This document shows positions 1 through 10,234 of a stretch of 64,000 nt of DNA, piece by piece. The notes below the pieces were generated by a model. That model had not been told where the DNA came from. It saw only the letters and a program-made list of their open reading frames with translations, and did not search any database. The stretch lies in the NCBI GenBank assembly GCA_965219955.1, contig OZ244799.1, forward strand, positions 1,600,001 to 1,664,000, in the 5' to 3' direction. The DNA is from a bacterium (GTDB lineage: Bacteria; UBA8248). Each line of letters opens with the position of its first letter. Position 1 is the first letter of the stretch. The position numbers and the translations under genes were made by a program.

Positions 1-358
1 CGATGCGTTCTCCATACCCGTAACGGGCAAGAAGGGCAGGCCCGGGCAACTGCTTACCATCCTGAGTCCTCTAGAGAATCAAGACGCCTTGACCCGCTTC
101 CTGTTCCGCGAAACGTCGACCCTGGGCGTCCGCCGCCGCACCACGGGGCGCGCGGTGGCCGAGCGCGAATGGATGGAAGTCGACCTCGCCTGGGGCAAGG
201 TGCGCGTCAAGCGAGGAACCTTCGAGGGCGCGCTCACGAACCTCGCGCCCGAATACGAGGATTGCAAGCGCCTGGCGGCGGAATGCGGGGTTCCCCTGAA
301 AGAGGTGGTCGAGGCGGCCCTGGCGCGCGCGAGGGAATCAGCGGGGAGCGGATCGTGA
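1..358 (+). CDS. larC: LarC-family nickel insertion protein, C-terminal part (5' truncated by the window)
   Basis: Frame is open from base 2: DAFSIPVTGKKGRPGQLLTIL...LFRETSTLGVRR...GKVRVK...PEYEDCKRLA...GVPLKEV. The KKGRPG, ETSTLGVR and PEYEDC motifs are typical of the LarC C-terminal domain. Confidence 0.85.
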   Translation, partial: DAFSIPVTGKKGRPGQLLTILSPLENQDALTRFLFRETSTLGVRRRTTGRAVAEREWMEVDLAWGKVRVKRGTFEGALTNLAPEYEDCKRLAAECGVPLKEVVEAALARARESAGSGS

Positions 359-427
359 AGATACGCATGAACGGATGATGCGTGAGGCGCGGCGCAGCCC
401 CGGGCAGAAAGAAGCGAGAGGCTACCC

Positions 428-670
428 ATGAAGATCCGCATCAAATTGTTCGCCGATTTTGCGGAGAAGATGCCCGCCGAACAGGACGCGGAGGGCACCG
501 CCGAAATCACGCTGCCCGAGGGCGCGAGCGTATACGACGTGCTCGACCGCTTCGAGATTCCGTATGAAGAAGCCTATATCGTTCTGCTCGACGGCCGCCA
601 CGCCAAGAAATCCGTCGTGATACCCGCAGGGTCTGAACTTTGCGTGTTCCCGCCCATCGTGGGGGGATGA
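428..670 (+). CDS. MoaD/ThiS-family sulfur carrier protein
   Basis: 80 aa; starts MKIRIKLFA and ends FPPIVGG (di-glycine C-terminus); GAGG RBS upstream. Confidence 0.85.
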   Translation: MKIRIKLFADFAEKMPAEQDAEGTAEITLPEGASVYDVLDRFEIPYEEAYIVLLDGRHAKKSVVIPAGSELCVFPPIVGG

Positions 671-814
671 GGGTTCCCTGCTCAGAACAGGCACAGGGGG
701 CTACCTACCATCACCCTGGAAATGCCCAACCGGAGAGAACCGGGCGCAAAATACTTTTAGTGATTTCTTCGATTTGGCATCGTAACTATCTGATAATATA
801 CAGAATAAATATAT

Positions 815-1273
815 CTATTCCTTTTCCTTTCTCACCACCATGATGGTGACGTCGCCCTCGTGGATGCGCTCACCGTGCTGATTCAGGAGCTTAAGGGCGA
901 GCGTCACAATCCCCTGTCCCTTGCTGGAGATGCGCCTCGACTTCACGACGACCTCGCCGGAAATCGTATCGCCGAAGCGAATCGGGCCGCGAAAACGCCA
1001 CTCCACACCCAGGAACGCCTCCACCGTCCCCTCGACGATGCCGAGCCTCGTCACCAGACCCATGAGAAAGGAAAGCCCGAGCAGCCCGTGGCCCACCCTT
1101 TCCCCGAAAGGCGTCCTGGCCGAAGCTTCCGCATCGGTGTGCAGATAGGTGTAATCGCCCGTCAGGGCCGAGAAGGCGTTGACGTCGGACTCTCCTATCG
1201 TGCGCGCGGCGGTCTTCCACGCCCTGCCCTCTTCGAATTCCTCATAAAACAAACCCGTAGCCTCGTATTCCAA
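815..1273 (-). CDS. MaoC-family (R)-specific enoyl-CoA hydratase/dehydratase
   Basis: RTIGESDVNAFSALTGDYTYLHTD...PFGERVGHGLL hotdog hydratase motif. TTG start at 1273 chosen because a GGAG RBS lies just after the tonB stop. Confidence 0.85.
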   Translation of the reverse strand: MEYEATGLFYEEFEEGRAWKTAARTIGESDVNAFSALTGDYTYLHTDAEASARTPFGERVGHGLLGLSFLMGLVTRLGIVEGTVEAFLGVEWRFRGPIRFGDTISGEVVVKSRRISSKGQGIVTLALKLLNQHGERIHEGDVTIMVVRKEKE

Positions 1274-1284
1274 AACAACACTCC

Positions 1285-2124
1285 TCAGCGTAAAAGAAAA
1301 CGGAAGGTGATCTCGCCCCACTGCTCCTTGTCTTCGGCGCCCGGGAGAAGTGGACTGAAGCGCCAGCGCTTCAGGTGGTTCGAGGCGAGGCCTTCGAGGT
1401 AGGCGCTCGCTTTTCTGGTCGGTATGACGCGGCCGACCGTGCCGTCGGGCAACACCCAGAACTTGAGCACGATCTCCGTTGTGCTTTCGAGCCTCTCGAG
1501 CTTCGGGGGTTTCGGCTGAAACAGGATTCTTCGCCTTGCCGCAGGCCCCGCGATGTTAATTCGCCTCTTCTCCCCCGAAGAGCGGGGGAAGCTCAGGCGC
1601 GATAATTGCTCCAGCATTTTCCGGTCCGTTTCGGAGACCGGCAATGCTATTTTTTTTCTGCGCTTCAAACCCCTCGACTCTCCCGCTTTTTCCTGTATCG
1701 GCAAAACGATATCCTCCAGCGCCCCGTCCGCCTGCAAAGCGCCCATCGAGGGTATCCCGCCAGGTGGGAGCACCGGCTTCGGCATATCCAACGCGGGGGC
1801 GTCGGGCAGCGGCTTGCTCTCGGGCAAAGTCCCCGGATCCGGCGCTTCGAGCTTCGTTTTCGCGTCCAGATTCAGGTTCCGCTCCGCCGTCACTTCTTTT
1901 TGAAGCATACGGCTCAAATCCAGTGGTTTCGGCAAAGGGACTTCGGGCAGGACTTTCGGAAGCAGCGCTTCGGGGATGGGAACCTCACGGCGCACAAGGT
2001 CGACTTCCATTCTTTCGGGTTGACCGGCGAATATCGTCGGCAGTTTGACGGCAGGGCCGAGCAGAATCAATCCCGTATGAAGGGCGATGGAAACCAGGAT
2101 CGTCAGGACAAGTGAAAAGCTCAT
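1285..2124 (-). CDS. tonB: TonB-family energy transducer
   Basis: N-terminal TM with SxxxH (SIALH), Pro-rich spacer, TonB_C-like end (LKFWVLPDGTV...WRFSP...GEITFRF). Confidence 0.8.
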   Translation of the reverse strand: MSFSLVLTILVSIALHTGLILLGPAVKLPTIFAGQPERMEVDLVRREVPIPEALLPKVLPEVPLPKPLDLSRMLQKEVTAERNLNLDAKTKLEAPDPGTLPESKPLPDAPALDMPKPVLPPGGIPSMGALQADGALEDIVLPIQEKAGESRGLKRRKKIALPVSETDRKMLEQLSRLSFPRSSGEKRRINIAGPAARRRILFQPKPPKLERLESTTEIVLKFWVLPDGTVGRVIPTRKASAYLEGLASNHLKRWRFSPLLPGAEDKEQWGEITFRFLLR

Positions 2125-2160
2125 GGTATTTTGAGCTTGCCTCCTTCGGGGCTATTTCGT

Positions 2161-2577
2161 CTACTTTTTCTGCACCCGCTTCGTCGGCGCCGTCGCGATC
2201 GACATGCGAAGGGCGCCCGCCTGTTTGGCGATATCCATCACCTGCACCACGAGACCATGCGGCACGCCCTTGTCCGCCCGAATGATCATCAGGCCCTCCG
2301 GCTGCACTTTCAGCTCTTCAATCAACCGGCCCCAGAGCGATTTCAGGGGCACCTGATCGTTGTTCAAAAACACCCTTTCATCGCGCGAGATGATGAGGAT
2401 CAAATCCTTGCGGACGGGGTGTTCCTGCGTGACGGTCCGCGGCAACTCCACCTTGACGCCCGGCTGCAGGACGAATGAAGAGCTCAGGACAAAGAACAGG
2501 AGCAGCAGGAAGATGATGTCGATCATGGCCGTCATGCCGGGTTCGGCCCGCACGCGCCTGATGTCTCGAAATTTCAT
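2161..2577 (-). CDS. exbD: Biopolymer transporter ExbD/TolR
   Basis: MTAMIDIIFLLLLFF TM with conserved Asp; IRADKGVPHGLVVQVMDIAKQAG motif. Confidence 0.9.
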   Translation of the reverse strand: MKFRDIRRVRAEPGMTAMIDIIFLLLLFFVLSSSFVLQPGVKVELPRTVTQEHPVRKDLILIISRDERVFLNNDQVPLKSLWGRLIEELKVQPEGLMIIRADKGVPHGLVVQVMDIAKQAGALRMSIATAPTKRVQKK

Positions 2578-2584
2578 CGCCCGC

Positions 2585-3184
2585 TCACCGCTTCAGGGTC
2601 TCGACGACCCGGTAAGAATGTTTTTCGATTTCCAGGATGAGGCGGTCCGCCTTATTGGTGAAATAGTTGTAAAAAATGAGCGTGGGTATCGCGATGACGA
2701 GTCCGGTCGCCGTCGTGATGAGGGCCTCGCTGATGCCGCCGGCAAGTTGGCTGGGATGAGCGATTCCCTTCTCGCTGATGATGGCGAAGGTGCGAATCAT
2801 GCCGAAAACCGTACCGGTGAGGCCCAGCAATGGCGCTATGGCGGCAATCGTCCCCAGGGCGCCCAGATTCTTGTCGAGCGTAGTGACCTCCTGCCTGCCC
2901 GCATCCTCCACGACAGAGCGGAGTTCTTCCCGGTTTCTATCGTGATTGGCTATCGTCACGAGCAGTATCCTGCCCATGACGGATGGATAGCGCCGACAAA
3001 GCGTCATGGCGTCAGAAACCTGGTTCTCCGCAACCAGATCCCTGACCTGCTGCAAAATATCGAGTTGAATGATTTTCTGGGTGCGTAGATTCAGGGTCCG
3101 CTCCAGAACAATGGCCAAAGCCAAGATGGAGCAAACACCCAACGGAATCATCAACACCCCGCCTCTGGCCAAAAATTCGAACAT
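2585..3184 (-). CDS. exbB: MotA/TolQ/ExbB proton channel
   Basis: GGVLMIPL...LGTIAAIAPLLGLTGTVFGMI...GISEALITTATGLVIAIP; start at ATG 3184. Confidence 0.9.
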   Translation of the reverse strand: MFEFLARGGVLMIPLGVCSILALAIVLERTLNLRTQKIIQLDILQQVRDLVAENQVSDAMTLCRRYPSVMGRILLVTIANHDRNREELRSVVEDAGRQEVTTLDKNLGALGTIAAIAPLLGLTGTVFGMIRTFAIISEKGIAHPSQLAGGISEALITTATGLVIAIPTLIFYNYFTNKADRLILEIEKHSYRVVETLKR

Positions 3185-3221
3185 CAATATGTCCCTTTGA
3201 ATGAATGGGAGTTTTCCATTT

Positions 3222-6200
3222 TCATCGACGCGCACGCTTCTCGATTTGTTTCGTTATTCGCCTGATGGCGATCCGGGCCTTTCGCTTAAACGCGGGAATT
3301 TCAACTACTTTTCTCATCTTCCGGTAAATCCGGAGGGCGAGCGTGCGTTTGCCCGCTCTTTCATACAACCCACCGGCTCGATCATATGCCCGCGCTACCC
3401 ACATTTTCTGATCCGGGTATCGATAGGTCAACTTCAAGTATTCAGCCGCTGCTCCCGGACCCCTGCGCTCAGAAGAAATCCGCGCATGCGCGAAAAACGC
3501 CTCCGCCGCCAGCTCCCGCGCTCCAAACTCGACCACCATGCCCAGCGCGCGCTGCGCATCGGCGTATTTTTTCCGCTTCCTGTACAGTTCGGCCGCCAGG
3601 AGCGCGGATTGGCTCCGCAAGTCCAAGCCTGCGAATTCATTGTTCATGACCACCACAAAGTGAGAGAGCGCCGCACCATTTTCGACCAACCGAACCAGGC
3701 AGCGCCCCAAGGCGAACCGAGCCAGCATTTCATAGTCATGGCCCGGAAAAATCTCCAGGAATTCCGTAAGCTTCTGTTTCGCCTCTGCGCACCGTCCAAT
3801 GCCGGCCAGGGTTTCCCCGACGCCGAAAAGCCCATCCGCGCGAAAGCCGCCTTCCGGATACCGGGTCAACAAAGTCTCGTATGAATCAAGGGCTTTGTCG
3901 ATATCTTTTTTGCTCCGATGGATGCCCGCCATCCTTAAGAGGGCATGAGCGGCCAGGTCGTTGCCCGGATATTGCGCGATGACATCCTGATACGCTTTCA
4001 GGGCATCCCCCGTGTTCCCCTGCGTGAGCAAAACCTCGCCGATCTGAAAAGCCAGGGAAATGCTCAGGTTGCTCTCCGGATAGCTCTCAACATACGTACG
4101 CGCGCCTGAGAGGAACTTCGCATACTCCCCGAGCTGGAGGTGGGTGAGCAAACGCCCATAGACGGCTTCGGAGAACTTGGGGTGCTCGGGATACCCGTTC
4201 ATCATGAGGCGATATAACCGGTTCGCCTCCCTGTAGCTCCCCTGGTTGTACGATGCGTCGGCCTGGCGCAAATACGCATCGCCAGCCCGGGCGGATTCTT
4301 TATGCGCTTCGCGAAATTCAAGAAGTTTCCTGCCTGCCAGGGCGTAATCGCCCTTCCGGAAAGGAATCAGCGCCAGTATGTATTCTACCTCGGCCACCGC
4401 TTTGCTTTTCGGGTAGCGCTTCAAAAAATCATGAAAGTTCTTCTCCGCCGCATCGAAACGGCTGCGCCTGAACAGCAATTTCGCCTTCTGAAACAACGCT
4501 TCCTTGGCGACATCGCTTCCCCTGTATTTCTCCTCTATTCTTTCGAAAGACTGCAAAGCGCCGTCGTAGTTCCTGAGGTTGAAGCGAGCCTCACCCGCGC
4601 GAGCGAGAGCTTCCGCCGCCAGGGCGCCCCCCGGTTTATGCTCGAATACGCGGTCGAAGGCGACCGCCGCTTCTTTCCAGTTCTTCTTCCGGTACTGAAT
4701 CCACGCAAGACCTCCCAAGGCGCGGTAATACTCGGGCGACCGCCCGGGAACCGCCCGGAAAGCGCGAGCGGACTCATCCAGATCCCCCAATTCGAAGGCC
4801 GCCTCCCCATACCACAACATCCCCAGGCCATCCGGCGATATCGTGGGGCCTCTGCCCGGCAGGAAAGCCCAATGCTTCAGGACATCCAAAGCGCCTTTGA
4901 AATCCCGGAGCCTGAATGCGGCAAAGGCCGTCGCCATCGCCGCAGAACGGGCAGCATCCTGCTCCGCAAGACGAGCAGCCGAAACCGGCGGGTAATCAGC
5001 GCCCAGGCGCAGGATCCCGTAGGCGCGCTTCACTTTGTCCAGGTGGTATTGAGAGAGGCCTTCCACGATTCTCGCGATGCGATAGATTCTGCCGAGCGGG
5101 AACTCATCGCTTACCTTTCCCGCCAGAACGGACGCTTCTTCATGCACTCCGATTCGGAACAGCTTCCAGGCCAATTGCAGGCGCAAAGCGGCGGCGAACG
5201 TTTTTCGGCGATTGGCGCGAGAAAATCCCGAAAGGCGGGCTCTCAACGCCTTCAACCCTTTCCGGGATTTCCGGATCGACTCGATTTCAGCGGAAAGCAA
5301 ACCCGCGTGCACGAAAACCCCGAGGAGATGCTTCGGGTGATCGCGCATGAAAAGCGAAAAAGCGCGCTTTGCCTCCTCGACCCGGCCCAGGAACAATCGC
5401 GTCCAACCGATGCCGTACAGCGCTTCTCCCCGAAGCGCCTCGCCAGGCTTGTCTTTGCCTGCGGCGAGCGCTTCGGCGGCCGCATAGCGTTTTTCCGCCC
5501 GGGCATAATTTCCTCTCCGGAGATGGGTATGCCCGAGCGCCACAAGGGCCTGAAACGCGAGACGCCCCTTCGCGTTCGCGAGCATCGTCCAGGTCCCGAC
5601 CGCCTCATCGGGGGAGCCCGCTTTCGCCTGCACCCAGCCTTTCAGGAAAATCGCCTCTTCATAGGCGAAGCTTCCTTTTTCCCACGATCCCCCCTCCAGC
5701 AGACCGAGACACCCCTCGTAGTCACGCGCCTCGCAACGCTCTTGCGCCAGGGCGTATCTTGCGGCGGCCGCATAGTGCCGACCGTCAGCCAGCAGCAGGC
5801 TCGACAACCTCTCTCTTCTGACCCTCGCCTCCTGAGGTTTTCTTAAATCCAGAAGCGTCTCTCCCGCCCAGAAGAGCGCCGCCGCGCGCCAGAAATGAAG
5901 CTTCGTTTTATTCGCCAATCCATCGAAAAGAGCGAGCGCCTCTACGGGCGAGCCCTTGCGCAGATAGGCGTACGCCGTGTTGAAATGTTCACTCTCGCTG
6001 ACAAAATCATCCGACGAACTCCCGAAGTACAGCGTCAAATCCTGGTCCGGTTTTTTCTCGACCGGTATCGGGCGGGCGGGCAGGCGAATCGATGGAGGTT
6101 CAAGCTTTATGAATACGGGGGGAAGGCGAACGCCCAACCGCTTGGGAGGGACGGGGCGCACGCGAGCCGCGATGAGATGCTCGATACTGGGCGACTCGAT

Positions 6201-6356
6201 CACGACTTCGGGCAAGGCGACAGACAGCTGCTTCCCCTTGCCGTCGTTTTGATCCTGGGCCCATGCGGAGCCTGCCGCTCCCAGACAGCCACTGCATATG
6301 ACCGCCAGGCCGAGGAGAAGCCTGCAACCGAGATGATACGCCGCGTATCCAGTCAT
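3222..6356 (-). CDS. Large exported tetratricopeptide-repeat protein (1044 aa)
   Basis: Signal peptide ending AWA; many TPR-like helical repeats of the A..Y..ll..YP (CpoB/BamD-like) type. Confidence 0.8.
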   Translation of the reverse strand: MTGYAAYHLGCRLLLGLAVICSGCLGAAGSAWAQDQNDGKGKQLSVALPEVVIESPSIEHLIAARVRPVPPKRLGVRLPPVFIKLEPPSIRLPARPIPVEKKPDQDLTLYFGSSSDDFVSESEHFNTAYAYLRKGSPVEALALFDGLANKTKLHFWRAAALFWAGETLLDLRKPQEARVRRERLSSLLLADGRHYAAAARYALAQERCEARDYEGCLGLLEGGSWEKGSFAYEEAIFLKGWVQAKAGSPDEAVGTWTMLANAKGRLAFQALVALGHTHLRRGNYARAEKRYAAAEALAAGKDKPGEALRGEALYGIGWTRLFLGRVEEAKRAFSLFMRDHPKHLLGVFVHAGLLSAEIESIRKSRKGLKALRARLSGFSRANRRKTFAAALRLQLAWKLFRIGVHEEASVLAGKVSDEFPLGRIYRIARIVEGLSQYHLDKVKRAYGILRLGADYPPVSAARLAEQDAARSAAMATAFAAFRLRDFKGALDVLKHWAFLPGRGPTISPDGLGMLWYGEAAFELGDLDESARAFRAVPGRSPEYYRALGGLAWIQYRKKNWKEAAVAFDRVFEHKPGGALAAEALARAGEARFNLRNYDGALQSFERIEEKYRGSDVAKEALFQKAKLLFRRSRFDAAEKNFHDFLKRYPKSKAVAEVEYILALIPFRKGDYALAGRKLLEFREAHKESARAGDAYLRQADASYNQGSYREANRLYRLMMNGYPEHPKFSEAVYGRLLTHLQLGEYAKFLSGARTYVESYPESNLSISLAFQIGEVLLTQGNTGDALKAYQDVIAQYPGNDLAAHALLRMAGIHRSKKDIDKALDSYETLLTRYPEGGFRADGLFGVGETLAGIGRCAEAKQKLTEFLEIFPGHDYEMLARFALGRCLVRLVENGAALSHFVVVMNNEFAGLDLRSQSALLAAELYRKRKKYADAQRALGMVVEFGARELAAEAFFAHARISSERRGPGAAAEYLKLTYRYPDQKMWVARAYDRAGGLYERAGKRTLALRIYRKMRKVVEIPAFKRKARIAIRRITKQIEKRARR

Positions 6357-6363
6357 ACATCCC

Positions 6364-9027
6364 TCATCGCAGCATCGGCTTTTGATTCTTCATCTTCCAG
6401 TCACGCTCCTTTACCGAAGCCAGATATGACTCAAGCCGGCGAATCCTCAATCTCGCCTTCTTGATTTCCTCTCCCATGCGCACCGAAACATGACCGTTAT
6501 CGAGCGCCGCAATGCTTTGGTAATGGACGATGGCCTTCTTCCACTCCCGGCGCGATTCACGAATCGCCGCGGCGCGCCAGGCCGCCAGGCGCACCCACTC
6601 CCGATGGCCCGGCCCCGTGCGCATCAACGACTCGAAGAGATCGAGCGCCTTGCTCCTTTCTCCCTCTCTCTCAAAGCCCGCCGCGATCTGAAACAACGCG
6701 GGCCCGGAAATGTTCACATCATCAGATTTCGATGCTATCCGAAAAGCCGCCGCCGCCGCTTCGGGCCTTTTTCTCTGCTGTTGAATCCTGCCGAGCCGCA
6801 AGGCCACCATACCCGCTTTGACGTTTTCAGGAAATTTGCCCAGGAAATCCGAGTAGGCTCGAGCGGCTTTGTCGTTATCGCCCATGTTCTCGAAGGCTTC
6901 CGCAAGCCTCAGGGCCACCTCGGCGTCATGAGGGGCCAGGGTCAGAATCTGGCGCAGCGCACCCGCGAATTCCTGCAAATCGTTCTCTTTCAGAAAACAC
7001 GACGCCCGCTGCCGGTGCAACGCCAGCTTCTCGTCCTTCGTCCTCTCATGCTGCAGCGCCAGCGCCGACGTCTTCACGGCGCGGCCGCAGTCTTTTCGCT
7101 CGAACAACGCGAGCGCCCACAGCCTGAGCCCCTCGCCGGGCTCGGACGGTTCAAGCGCAATCCAGGACGAGAAGGCCGCGTCCGCGCCTTTCCAGTCCCG
7201 CGCGCCGAAGGCGTTTCGCGCCAGGAAATACCAGATCGAGCGTCTCCTCGGAGCGCTCACCGCCTCATCGCCCGCAAGCGGCAGGAGAAAATCCTGCGCA
7301 TTTTGCAAGTCGCCCTGCGCCCGATACAGGTTGCCGATCTTCAGGCGCGCCTCGCGCTTCAAATCTTCGGGAAGAAGCGGCAACACGCTCTGAAACCGTT
7401 TCAAGGCTTCCGTTTTGTCTCCGCGCTTCTCCGACAACTCGCCCAGGCGATACCGCGCCCGAACCGCGAGTTCGGGGCGTCTTGAGCCTGAGACGACTTG
7501 CCGAAAATACGCGCCCGCCTCGTCGAATTTTCCGTCTTTCCATGCGCATTCGGCCCTTATGAAGGCCACCTCCGAGCGCAAGGACCGGGGAACATATTCC
7601 TTGGGAACCGCTTTCACCCTGGCGACGGACCTTGCGCAATCCTTTCGCGCGTTGTGGATAAACGCCGCCCGCAGAACGCCTAGATACGCCGCCCGCATGA
7701 GTTCGGGCTCGATGTTTTTCTCCGATTTCCTGAGCCCCTCGAACGACGCCGATATCTGCTGATAGCGCTCGAGAAGCGCTCGCGTGTTCCGCTCGGGCTC
7801 TTTTTCGAGCATATCGGCCAGGCGCAGTCCGGACCATACCGCCTCGCGCGTGTCCGGGGCGCGCCGGATGAGTTCGCCGTATTGGCTCAGCGCCTCTTTC
7901 TTCAAGCCCGCGCGAAGCAGGCAATCCGCCAACCGGAAGCGTGAAGAAGAAGCCAGCGGCGCGCCCTTTCCGAGGGCGTCGAGCGCGAAAACGAGGTATT
8001 TCCTGCCTCCATCCGCGCAAAGCCCCGCTTTTTCCACGCTTTGCCAGAAAAACAGGAGATAGGCGCCGTCTTCGGCCGGATCCCGAATCAACCGTTGATA
8101 GGCCGGCGCGGCTTTCGCGTATTCACCGGCGCGCCACCAGGAAGACGCCAGGCCTCGCTCCGCCGTCCTGCGCTGTGGTTGTGAAAGTTTCATCTTCAAA
8201 ACGTCTTCAAAGGCGGCGCCGGCTTTCGAGTATTTCTTCTGCGCAAACAGGCTCGCGGCCTGCCCCAGCCTCAAGTCGGCGCGATTTTTCTCTCCGGGCC
8301 TTCCCTGAAACAAGGAGTCGAACGTCTTCTCCGCCGAACCGAACTTCTTGAGCTCAAGTTGCAGCTTCGCCAGCCTGAGCCTGAAGGCGTGCGCCCTCGG
8401 ATTGCGCGGGAAGCGACGCACGACGAGGCTGTACGCCTTCTCGGCCTCCTTGATCAGCGGTATGTGATCGAGAGCGATGGCGCGCTCGAACAGGGCATCC
8501 TCCACGCGAGGGTCCTTGGGGGCGGATTTGATGAATTCATCGAGCGAGGCGACCGCGCCCCGCCACTCGCGCTTCGCCAGCCTGAGCGCGGCGACCCTGT
8601 AGACGGCCTCTATCCGGTAGCGCCCGGGATTCACGGAAGAATAGGCGCGTATCGCCTCTTTTCGATTCCCCGTCCGCTCGGCGAGCACTCCGATTCGAAA
8701 CTGAACCTCGCCGACCCTCTCGTGGCGGGGGTGCCGGTTCACGAACCCCTGATACGCCGTGATGGCCTCTCCCAGCCGGCCCTCGCGACGAAGCGCTTCG
8801 GCGAGCAGGTAGCGCACGATCGAAGCCGCCTTGCCGTTCCCCGCCGCTTTGAGGTAGGCCCTGAAAGCGTCAATCGCAGGGTCATAGAATCCATCCCGGT
8901 AGGTGTTCAGGCCGAATTGGAGATGAGACTGCGGGGTTTCCTTGAACTGCGCCCGAACCGCGGATACCGGCGCGAGAAGAGCCCCCGCCAGAATGCAAAC
9001 CGCGATAATGAGGAGACTACGCCTCAT
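6364..9027 (-). CDS. Large exported tetratricopeptide-repeat protein (~887 aa)
   Basis: Signal peptide (MRRSLLIIAVCILAGALLAPVSAVRA) followed by TPR-like repeats; start overlaps the panC stop. Confidence 0.8.
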   Translation of the reverse strand: MRRSLLIIAVCILAGALLAPVSAVRAQFKETPQSHLQFGLNTYRDGFYDPAIDAFRAYLKAAGNGKAASIVRYLLAEALRREGRLGEAITAYQGFVNRHPRHERVGEVQFRIGVLAERTGNRKEAIRAYSSVNPGRYRIEAVYRVAALRLAKREWRGAVASLDEFIKSAPKDPRVEDALFERAIALDHIPLIKEAEKAYSLVVRRFPRNPRAHAFRLRLAKLQLELKKFGSAEKTFDSLFQGRPGEKNRADLRLGQAASLFAQKKYSKAGAAFEDVLKMKLSQPQRRTAERGLASSWWRAGEYAKAAPAYQRLIRDPAEDGAYLLFFWQSVEKAGLCADGGRKYLVFALDALGKGAPLASSSRFRLADCLLRAGLKKEALSQYGELIRRAPDTREAVWSGLRLADMLEKEPERNTRALLERYQQISASFEGLRKSEKNIEPELMRAAYLGVLRAAFIHNARKDCARSVARVKAVPKEYVPRSLRSEVAFIRAECAWKDGKFDEAGAYFRQVVSGSRRPELAVRARYRLGELSEKRGDKTEALKRFQSVLPLLPEDLKREARLKIGNLYRAQGDLQNAQDFLLPLAGDEAVSAPRRRSIWYFLARNAFGARDWKGADAAFSSWIALEPSEPGEGLRLWALALFERKDCGRAVKTSALALQHERTKDEKLALHRQRASCFLKENDLQEFAGALRQILTLAPHDAEVALRLAEAFENMGDNDKAARAYSDFLGKFPENVKAGMVALRLGRIQQQRKRPEAAAAAFRIASKSDDVNISGPALFQIAAGFEREGERSKALDLFESLMRTGPGHREWVRLAAWRAAAIRESRREWKKAIVHYQSIAALDNGHVSVRMGEEIKKARLRIRRLESYLASVKERDWKMKNQKPMLR

Positions 9028-9871
9028 CGTCAGGCTCCAGCAAGATGTTGTCAATCAACCTGGTTTCGCCGATATAGGCCGCCACGGCCATCCGGGCGGC
9101 GCCGTTGATCGTTTCTACCCTTTCGAGTGTCGCAGGGTCCACGATCTCCACGTAATCGACCCTGGAGCCCGCTTTCTCCAGCTCATCCACGCAAGGCTGA
9201 ATGATGGCGGCGGAAAATCGCTCCCCGGCCGCCACCATCCTTTTCGCGTCGAACAAGGCGCCACTGATGGCGCGGGCGCGGGACCGCTCCTCCGCCGACA
9301 GATAAGCGTTCCTGCTGCTGAGCGCCATTCCGTCGTCTTCACGGACAATCGGGCAGGGAACGATCTCCACGCCCAAATCCAGATCGTCCGCCATCCGCCG
9401 GATCAGGACGAGTTGCTGGTAATCCTTCTCGCCGAAATAGGCCCGGTGCGGGAGACACGCGGAGAACAGCTTGAGAACGACCGTGGCCACGCCCCGGAAG
9501 TGTCCCGACCGATGAGCCCCGCAAAGAGGCGCGCCCAGGCCGGGCACGTCCACCCAGGTGCCGTATCCGCCGGGATACATGGAACTCGCTTTGGGCGCAT
9601 AGACGATGGCCACGCCCATCTCCCGGCAGGCCTCCAGGTCCGCCTCGAAAGTCCTCGGGTAGGTGTCGTAATCCTCGCCGGCTGCGAACTGGGCCGGATT
9701 CACGAAAATGCTCACGACGGCGGCGGCGCACTCCTCCGCCGCCCGGGCGATGAGGCTCTTGTGCCCCTCGTGCAGCGCGCCCATCGTCGGAACCAGCCCG
9801 AGCGGCGCGCCCTCCCGCCTTAAAACTTCGGCCAGCTCACGCATATCTTGAGGCGTATCGACAACTTTCAT
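9017..9871 (-). CDS. panC: Pantoate--beta-alanine ligase
   Basis: VPTMGALHEGH, SIFVNPAQF, FGEKDYQQ, ALSSRNAYL, RLIDN motifs. Confidence 0.97.
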   Translation of the reverse strand: MKVVDTPQDMRELAEVLRREGAPLGLVPTMGALHEGHKSLIARAAEECAAAVVSIFVNPAQFAAGEDYDTYPRTFEADLEACREMGVAIVYAPKASSMYPGGYGTWVDVPGLGAPLCGAHRSGHFRGVATVVLKLFSACLPHRAYFGEKDYQQLVLIRRMADDLDLGVEIVPCPIVREDDGMALSSRNAYLSAEERSRARAISGALFDAKRMVAAGERFSAAIIQPCVDELEKAGSRVDYVEIVDPATLERVETINGAARMAVAAYIGETRLIDNILLEPDDEA

Positions 9872-9965
9872 CGGGAATCTCGGGGAAAACGGGCAACACG
9901 CACCGTAATGGGCGGCGGTAGGCTATCTTCTCAAATATCACCCGCGAAAAACAAGGCTAAAAACA

Positions 9966-10200
9966 AGGGGTTGTTGAAAAAGGCCTCCGGGGAGGGCCAT
10001 CGAAAACCCCTTTGAGGGGAGGGAGTCGCGATCATCGAATTGTTTACTGTAGGGACAGGCCTCCGTGCCTGTCCTGACGAAGGACAACCACGGAGGGCAG
10101 GACAACCCCGAGGAGGGGTTGTCCCTACAAAAACATCGCACCCACCCGCGCCGCTTGAAGCTCCATATCGCCCGCTTCCGAAGCAAGGTTCCCTCCCCCC
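9966..10200. repeat. Intergenic repeat mosaic 1 (GTAG-type REP doublet 10049-10128 plus a GGGTTGTTGAAAAA end)
   Basis: GTAGGGACAGGCCTCCGTGCCTGTCC...GTTGTCCCTAC, near-identical to 20480-20556 and 32937-33033. Confidence 0.85.
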
Positions 10201-10234
10201 AAAAAAGGGTTACATCAACGAGGCGCCGCAGGCT

